The position numbers were made by a program, and so were the translations under genes. The notes beneath the pieces were generated by a model. That model made no database searches. It had not been told where the DNA came from and saw only the letters and a list, made by a program, of their open reading frames with translations. DNA of 64,000 bases from Berkelbacteria bacterium GW2011_GWE1_39_12 (GTDB taxonomy: Bacteria; Patescibacteriota; UBA1384; UBA12157): NCBI GenBank assembly GCA_001029735.1, contig CP011213.1:76087-140086 (forward strand), read 5' to 3'. Shown piece after piece: positions 57,032 to 64,000 of the stretch (the first letter of the stretch is position 1; each line of letters begins with the position of its first letter).

Positions 57032-57970
57032 TTAGATAATCTCCATTATGGCTTTTGATAATTTATGCTTATCGTGATACAACGGATTTTTTTCGTTAAT
57101 AATATCTTTTTTAATAATTTTGAAACGACCAATTTTATTTTGATCGGTTGTAATGTTCGAAACCTTTCCTAACTCGCCCGTATCATGAGTCGAATGCACA
57201 ATATGATCGTTCACTAAGACTACATTAAACAACTTGGGATGACTATGTTTTATTAAACGATCGATGTGATCTGCCACTGTATAGCGTTCAGTTTCGCCCC
57301 GTTCGGTAGCAATGTTGCAAATGTATATTTTTTTAGCTCGAGATTTTACAACCGCATCGGTAATTTCTTTTAATAAAAAATTTGGAATAATTGAAGTCCA
57401 AAGACTCCCGGGCCCAATAATAATTGCGTCAGCATTTTTAATCGCCCACAAAACTTCCGGGTTGGCTTTAACATTACTTGGCTTTAAAGCCACTTTTTTA
57501 ATCGGGCTTTTATGTCCTTCTTTCACCAATAAACATTCGCCGGTAAATTCACGGCCATCTTCCAACTTTCCTTTAAGATCAACTTTATTAAAAGTCGAAG
57601 GTAATACTTCGCCCTTGATAGCTAAAATATGACTAGCCTGGTTTACCGCCTCGCGAAAAGATCCGGTAATATTTTCAAGTGCAATCAATAATAAATTCCC
57701 TAAGGCGTGATCATTAATGCCGCGGCCCTTATCAAAACGATAATTAAACATTTGTGTCATTAAAGATTCATCGTTTGCCAAAGCGGTTAAACACTTTCGA
57801 ACATCACCTGGTGGAATCGTATCAAAATCTTTTCTTAGCTTTCCTGACGATCTACCATCGTCGGTCATCGTTACAACGGCCGAAATAGAATCCGTGTATT
57901 CCTTAAGACCCGAAAGTAAATTCGAAAGTCCTGTCCCCCCGCCAATTACGACAATATGTTTTTGTTTCAT
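57032..57970 (-). CDS. yvcK: YvcK/GlmR (UPF0052) family protein
   Basis: GGGTG, DDGRSSG.LR, PPGD.R, GPGSLWTS. Confidence 0.93.
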   Translation of the reverse strand: MKQKHIVVIGGGTGLSNLLSGLKEYTDSISAVVTMTDDGRSSGKLRKDFDTIPPGDVRKCLTALANDESLMTQMFNYRFDKGRGINDHALGNLLLIALENITGSFREAVNQASHILAIKGEVLPSTFNKVDLKGKLEDGREFTGECLLVKEGHKSPIKKVALKPSNVKANPEVLWAIKNADAIIIGPGSLWTSIIPNFLLKEITDAVVKSRAKKIYICNIATERGETERYTVADHIDRLIKHSHPKLFNVVLVNDHIVHSTHDTGELGKVSNITTDQNKIGRFKIIKKDIINEKNPLYHDKHKLSKAIMEII

Positions 57971-58067
57971 TATGAATCCTAATTAATTTAAACTCTGCTT
58001 AAATTATTCTACTTTTAAGGAGAAAAGTCAAAGTTTTTTATTAAAAAAGACGCAGTTAAGCGTCTTG

Positions 58068-58427
58068 CTATGAATCGAATTCGTCCTCTCGTCTTGCGGC
58101 TAGCCGAGCATCCCAGTCCTCGCGGAAGGACATCTTACGCGATTCCTCTGATTCTTCAAACTTGCAATCGACGTGGAGAGGAGAAAACGCCACTCTGGCA
58201 TTCTTTTCAAGATATGCTTTGATCTGTTCTTCGGTTACCCCAGCTTCTTGCATCTTACTGGGCGAGAAGCAGAAATACAGAGCGGAAGCTGCTGAGAAAC
58301 TTGCATAATCAGCGGTATGGAAGCAACCAGCCATATCAGTAGGCATCGCCTCGACGAGCTTTTCGATCTTATACGCGGTATCTTGTGATGCCTTTCCTGG
58401 ACCACTAGACTTTATAAATATATTCAT
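58068..58427 (-). CDS. Hypothetical protein with own promoter
   Basis: GGAGG RBS, TTGACT...TAAGAT upstream, terminator aagacgc..gcgtctt. Confidence 0.65.
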   Translation of the reverse strand: MNIFIKSSGPGKASQDTAYKIEKLVEAMPTDMAGCFHTADYASFSAASALYFCFSPSKMQEAGVTEEQIKAYLEKNARVAFSPLHVDCKFEESEESRKMSFREDWDARLAARREDEFDS

Positions 58428-58528
58428 TCCAGAACCTCCAGAAGAGTGATAACCTCATCTTACACCTAAAATAAAAAAAGTCAATCAAAAAACTAGCGTT
58501 TTTTTCAAATAAAAAAGCCCGAGTAAAA

Positions 58529-58858
58529 TCACGGGCTGAAACGTTCGCAAACTTTATATGCTTGATTACAATTTGAACAAGGTTCACCATCAAACTTAGT
58601 AAAAAGGACAGTCAATGATTTTCCATCTGGACAATCCAGCCCTCCAGTAACCCAGGCTCTCAATAACTGCGCCCATGTCCACTGTTGAGATAATGCAAAC
58701 GCATATAGCTCGGAAATAAGGCTTTGCTTGTACGGACAAGACTTTGTAAGATCGACAGCAAATTCACCGTACCTCTCAGCTTCAGGGCTCCTTAGAATGT
58801 CATCTGAAAGAATATCATTTGAGTCTAAAGGAAGATCTTCTCGATATAATATATTCAT
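58529..58858 (-). CDS. Cys-containing hypothetical protein with own promoter
   Basis: AGGAGG RBS, TTGACG-17-TATATT, terminator agcccg..cgggct-T run. Confidence 0.6.
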   Translation of the reverse strand: MNILYREDLPLDSNDILSDDILRSPEAERYGEFAVDLTKSCPYKQSLISELYAFALSQQWTWAQLLRAWVTGGLDCPDGKSLTVLFTKFDGEPCSNCNQAYKVCERFSP

Positions 58859-59006
58859 TCTCATCCTCCTAGCCAGACAATATACCATAATCTTTCTAAC
58901 ACGTCAATATAAAAAAAGAAGCCTTGTAGGCAACTTTATCCTAAAGGCGGTACTAACGGACTTTTGTTTTTCACTGAGGTGAAAAACATTTGGCTTTAAA
59001 AACTTT

Positions 59007-59125
59007 ATGTTGGCGCCTACCTACTTTCCCGGAACCTTTCGGATCAAGTATCATCGGTACTATGGTGCTTAACTACTCTGTTCGGAATGGGAAGAGGTGT
59101 ACCCACCACGTTAAAGCACCAACAT
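59007..59125 (-). rRNA. rrf: 5S rRNA
   Basis: cccattccgaacagagtagttaag, gggaaagtaggt; terminal helix atgttgg/ccaacat. Confidence 0.93.
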
Positions 59126-59145
59126 AAAATTTTTAAAAGCCAACT

Positions 59146-59227
59146 CTACTCTGCTCTCCGGCATAGCCGGAGTAAGCAAGCTTCCCGGAATGGGAAGAGG
59201 TGTACCCACCACGTTAAGACACCAACA
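59146..59227 (-). pseudogene. Partial 5S rRNA 5' copy broken by hairpin insert
   Basis: 32-nt exact repeat 59186-59217 = 59083-59114; insert ctccggc-ata-gccggag. Confidence 0.85.
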
Positions 59228-59357
59228 CTCAAGCCACAATGGCTTCTTAAAATTCTTCTAACGTATGTTTTTTGATTTGATTTTTAACTGTTTAGTGACC
59301 TTGGTAGTTGTCCAACCGTCCTCTTAGACGCGTAACAAGTTACGCATAAAAGAGGAC

Positions 59358-62326
<2,969 letters not shown>

Positions 62327-62610
62327 TTTATGTTGGACAACAACCAAGGCACTAAACATGAATCAAAATCAAAACATACGTTGTTAAATTACAGCTTAAC
62401 TGGAAAGAATTACTGTTTCTAAGCTCTAAGTCTCAAACAAATTATTGTTTGCGATATTAGAATCTGGAAATTGATAAAGGTACAAAAAACCGCCTTTTTG
62501 CGGCGGACTAAACATTAAGCTAAACAAAATTCTAGCTTTTATTAGTCGCGCGGCCCCCTTTCAAAATTGTTGGAGGTTTTATACAGATCTTCTCCTTTAA
62601 ATCCTTTTTT

Positions 62611-62639
62611 AATATAGCAAATGGCGTATATTTTGTCAA
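62611..62639 (-). promoter_or_regulatory. Promoter of stand-alone 23S-5S unit
   Basis: TTGACA-17-TATATT with TG extension. Confidence 0.75.
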
Positions 62640-62655
62640 CACTTTAAGAAAATTA

Positions 62656-63348
62656 TTATTCATCAATTTTTTCTTGCCTTTGTAAAAAACGGCGCCGAGC
62701 GCGGACCAAAGGGTCAGCAAACAGGTTAATTCTTAAATCTGAAGGAATAAAATCTAATGTAAAATCACGACCCTCGATTAGAATTCTTTTTTTATGCTTT
62801 GATAACTCTGTTATTTCTTTTTTTACAAATTCGATAACCATATGCTGAGTTTTTGTACTTACATCAGGGATATGCTTTTCTAGCTCTAAATTATACAGGC
62901 AAAATTCCTTCAAAATATCTAACTCTTTAATGCATAATCGATTATTTCCGTCGATCAAAGAATAGTTCATCTTCCTTAAAACCATCTGCGGCTTTTTATT
63001 TTCAACAATTTCCGAATATGTCAGGAATCTAAAAATATCTCCCATGGAGATATGAAATGCATTTAAATTTGTCTTAAGCGCTTCGAATGTTGAACTTTTC
63101 CCGGCGCCACATTGACCAACCATGGAAATAATCCGGTGCTCGTCTTTCAGATTGTCACATATTATCTTGATAACATTTTCTATGCTATCTACTTCACCGG
63201 TATTGATTTTAATGACTTTCTTGGGCTTGTGCATCTTAAAACCGAGATCAATAAGTTTAGGACGGTTTTTCATATCGACTATCAAATCAGAAGAGTCTCT
63301 CTCCAAAATTGCCAGCATGATTTCATCGATTTTACAGTTTTTGGCCAT
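62656..63348 (-). CDS. cmk: Cytidylate kinase-like protein, N-extended and C-truncated
   Basis: GQCGAGKSS P-loop, GDIFR, EGRD, LFADPLVRARRR. Confidence 0.6.
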   Translation of the reverse strand: MAKNCKIDEIMLAILERDSSDLIVDMKNRPKLIDLGFKMHKPKKVIKINTGEVDSIENVIKIICDNLKDEHRIISMVGQCGAGKSSTFEALKTNLNAFHISMGDIFRFLTYSEIVENKKPQMVLRKMNYSLIDGNNRLCIKELDILKEFCLYNLELEKHIPDVSTKTQHMVIEFVKKEITELSKHKKRILIEGRDFTLDFIPSDLRINLFADPLVRARRRFLQRQEKIDE

Positions 63349-63501
63349 TTTTTCTAGATTACCAAACGATGATTAATTGGTCAATTATCGATACAAAAAA
63401 AACGGGATTTCTGATCTATAAAGATGAGATTTCCCGTTTTTTTGTATTCGATTCTAAAAACTATAATTTTTCCGAAGAAAAATTTCCGCGCACCTTTAGT
63501 G

Positions 63502-64000
63502 CTACTTCAACTGCTTGCGAACATGCTCAAGCCAATCTCTGGCTACACCCTGACCACCAAGACCAAAAGCTAATCCACCAGCGATCGCGATTAACGCGAC
63601 AACGCCGATAAATAAGGTTTGAATCATGGTTTCGGCAATGCCGAGTTGTGCTAAAGCGGCCAAAACTGCAAAAACTATAATTGCATATCGAACACCAATA
63701 GCAACTGTATCATCAGCACCTAATCCGGAAGCCGAAAGGCTGCCCTTAACAACTGATGAAAGAAAATTGGCTAAAATTAAACCGATAAGCAAAATTGCGC
63801 CGGCAGCGATAACTGAAGGAATATATGCCAAAATCTTGTCTAAGAATCCCGCTACTTCAGTTAACTGCAAAACATTAGCGGCAGCGATGAAAGCGACCAA
63901 AAAAACGATCCACTTAACAGCTGAGGCCAATAATGAAGTTGCATCTTGTTCGGCGTTTGCTTTTTTCAAAACGTCTTCAACTTTTGCTTTTTCGAACAAT
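63502..64000 (-). CDS. MscS-associated TM-helix repeat protein (CmpX-like), partial
   Basis: YIPSVIAAGAIL, ALAQLGIA, GLAFGLGG. Confidence 0.8.
   Translation of the reverse strand, partial: LFEKAKVEDVLKKANAEQDATSLLASAVKWIVFLVAFIAAANVLQLTEVAGFLDKILAYIPSVIAAGAILLIGLILANFLSSVVKGSLSASGLGADDTVAIGVRYAIIVFAVLAALAQLGIAETMIQTLFIGVVALIAIAGGLAFGLGGQGVARDWLEHVRKQLK

Overview
AT-rich bacterial chromosome segment with genes mostly on the minus strand. It is very likely Patescibacteria/CPR, an inference from the gene content, unlinked 23S-5S rRNA with expansion segments and TGA used as stop. Core content: a partial PilB/GspE ATPase, an accessory membrane-protein island, a tRNA-Thr/Tyr/Thr-rpmG-tRNA-Trp cluster, truD, holB, rpmB, a probable 6S RNA, a YqiJ/flotillin pair, argS, PBP1A, radA and recJ. 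It continues with a dcw cluster (mraZ to ftsQ) interrupted by a 1822-aa orphan, then IS200 tnpA, purN, glyQS, murI, recO, mutM, yvcK, 5S and 23S rRNA. The most striking unexplained signal is a family of about 14 transcript-oriented intergenic elements (variable hairpin followed by GCGGAAATTT) at gene boundaries. Several sit beside a second, synonymously recoded copy of the neighbouring gene's terminus (ftsQ, murD, yvcK). Related recoded termini occur at the mraY 3' end and mutM 5' end. The same 'intact copy plus dead copy broken by a palindrome or nuclease gene' pattern occurs at tRNA-Trp, tRNA-Tyr and 5S rRNA. This suggests an undescribed gene-terminus replacement or homing system. Coordinates of non-ORF features were read by eye (+/- a few nt).
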